A stretch of 64,000 nt of DNA from Methanosarcina sp. Its GTDB lineage: Archaea > Halobacteriota > Methanosarcinia > Methanosarcinales > Methanosarcinaceae. The number at the start of each line of letters is the position of its first letter. The stretch's first letter is position 1. The position numbers and the translations under genes were made by a program. The stretch lies in contig JBNAKO010000030.1 of NCBI GenBank assembly GCA_049706495.1, positions 40 to 64,039 on the forward strand. Direction: 5' to 3'. A model generated the notes under the pieces. The model was not told where the DNA came from and searched no databases. It worked only from the letters and a program-made list of their open reading frames with translations. Shown in pieces: positions 62,206-64,000 of this stretch.

Positions 62206-62833
62206 AACGTGTACCTTCATAGAATTTGATAAATTTACGAAATCTAACAGGCATTCATACTATGAACTGCCTTAGCAGATCGCATAATCCATTATTTTCA
62301 GTTTTAAAAGTATTTATCAGTTTCCGGCGAACAAAAATTTTTTAATAGGACTTAGTAAGAGCTAAAAATTAATAGATAACTTTTATTCATTCCCTTTTTT
62401 TCATAAATTACATCTTTAATTATATATGATTTATTAAGATAAAAAAGAATTTCCAGAATTCTAATAAATTTTGAGGGGTTTGAAAAAAGCTCAAGTTTAA
62501 AAAAACTCATACAACTTCAGATATATAAAAAGAAATATAATAATTGATTAACGGTCAAAAATAGAGGATCCTAGGACAATGAAGTAAAAATTAAAGTCAA
62601 AATAATAAAGGGTTAAAAATTTTATGAAAAAACTTCCCAGGGAACCGATAAATACAAAATACCGATAATAAAAGAGGAAAATAATAGAGGCAAAAAAGAA
62701 CAAGGATAAAAAATAAAAATCAAAATAAAATAAAATCAAAATAAAATTAAAATTAAAATTAAAAAAGGTCAAAATAAAATAAATTAAATAAAAATTAAAT
62801 AAAAATAAAAGAATATTCTTAAAATAAGTAAAT

Positions 62834-64000
62834 TTACTGCTTTTCTATTTTATATTCGCACATAGCCTTTACAAGCCCATTGAAAGGTGGAGACGGCCTG
62901 CCAGGTCTGGATTTAAATTCAGGATGGAACTGGGAGGCAAAGAAAAAGCGTTTGCCAGGGATCTCGGCAATTTCCATTCTGTTTTTATTCTTTCCAGAAA
63001 AAACGATTCCAAAAGCTTCAAGCTTGTCTACAAACTCAGGATTTACTTCGTACCTGTGGCGGTGGCGTTCGACAATATAATTTGTTCCATAAAGCTTTGA
63101 TGCGATTGAACTTTCTTTTAAGATGGCTTCGTAATCTCCGAGGCGCATCGTGCCGCCCATATCTGCAACTCCTGTCTGCTCAGGCAGGATGTCTATTACC
63201 GGATAAGGAGTATCTTCATCAAACTCTGTACTGTTTGCCCTTTGCAGGGAAGCCACATTTCTTGCAAACTCGATAACCGCAAGCTGCATTCCCAGACAAA
63301 TTCCAAGGAAGGGGATATTGTTTTCTCTGGCAAATTTAATCGCCATCATCTTGCCTTCAGTCCCACGTCCTCCAAAGCCTCCAGGAATAAGGATCCCATC
63401 AACCTCCAGGAATTTCTGCACGGCTTCAGGGTCTTCTTCAAGGGTTTCGGCTTCAACCATATTAACCTCAACCCTGCATCCGTTTTCGATGCCTCCATGT
63501 TTAACTGCTTCAAGAATGCTAAGATAGGAATCTTCAAGATTGGTATATTTCCCAACGATTGCAAGCTTTACCTCATCTTTGGGGGATTTCATCCTTGCAA
63601 CCATATCTCTCCACCTGCCGTCTTCTACAGCAGATTCCAGTCGGAGGTGTTTCATAAGCTGGGTTGTCAAGCCCTGTTCTTCAATCTCAAGAGGCACTTC
63701 ATAAATATCATTAGCATCATGGGCACTGATAACTAATTCCTGAGGAACGTCGCAGAAGAGAGCAATTTTTTCTTTAGCGCTTTCCTGAAGGGGGGTCTTG
63801 GATCGGGTAACAATGACTTCAGGACTCAAACCAAGAGCCCGGAGTTCCTTTACCGAATGCTGGGAGGGTTTGGTTTTCTGTTCTCCCTGCAGGTCTTCCA
63901 TAACAAGGGTAACATGAATGAATACAATATTTTCAGAAGGCTCTTCTCGATGCATCTGACGCACAGCTTCAAGGAAGGGCATGCTTTCGATGTCTCCAAC
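62834..64000 (-). CDS. pyrG: CTP synthase (5' end lies beyond the window)
   Basis: [45 protein letters not shown] and QFHPEF motifs. The frame is open to the window edge. Confidence 0.97.
   Translation of the reverse strand, partial: VGDIESMPFLEAVRQMHREEPSENIVFIHVTLVMEDLQGEQKTKPSQHSVKELRALGLSPEVIVTRSKTPLQESAKEKIALFCDVPQELVISAHDANDIYEVPLEIEEQGLTTQLMKHLRLESAVEDGRWRDMVARMKSPKDEVKLAIVGKYTNLEDSYLSILEAVKHGGIENGCRVEVNMVEAETLEEDPEAVQKFLEVDGILIPGGFGGRGTEGKMMAIKFARENNIPFLGICLGMQLAVIEFARNVASLQRANSTEFDEDTPYPVIDILPEQTGVADMGGTMRLGDYEAILKESSIASKLYGTNYIVERHRHRYEVNPEFVDKLEAFGIVFSGKNKNRMEIAEIPGKRFFFASQFHPEFKSRPGRPSPPFNGLVKAMCEYKIEKQ

Noticed and set aside
1-64000. CRISPR arrays, tRNA/rRNA genes, intact IS elements, pyrrolysine-containing genes
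   Set aside because: No regularly spaced repeat-spacer pattern, cloverleaf, rRNA-like segment or transposase ORF was recognised, and no in-frame TAG within a recognisable protein. A manual scan could miss small RNAs.

Overview
Chromosomal segment of a Methanosarcina-like methanogenic archaeon. The assignment rests on aTrm56, AMP phosphorylase, MptN, archaeal Pth2 and TruD, PGF-CTERM/PGF-pre-PGF surface proteins, and long AT-rich intergenic tracts with short tandem repeats. The dominant accessory element is a ~10.4 kb, apparently intact C-P lyase phosphonate operon (phnD-C-E-G-H-I-J-K-L-M, 10161-18876), followed by a xylose-isomerase-like TIM-barrel gene and a hexapeptide acetyltransferase. 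No phnP, phnN, phnO or phnF is present in the window. An AMP phosphorylase gene lies 1.8 kb further on. Leading hypothesis (inference): an archaeal C-P lyase variant in which the TIM-barrel enzyme replaces PhnP, and AMP phosphorylase running in reverse (or the R15P isomerase/RubisCO route) replaces PhnN. This would give a methanogen a second, MCR-independent way to make methane. The remainder is mostly housekeeping (cobQ, alanine dehydrogenase, iscSU, mptN, pth2, truD, 5'-truncated pyrG), plus a TPR/PPP-phosphatase/TPR cluster, a HEAT-repeat pseudogene and several decayed intergenic remnants. No rRNA, tRNA, CRISPR array or intact IS element was recognised. All product calls come from motif recognition only; no database searches were run.
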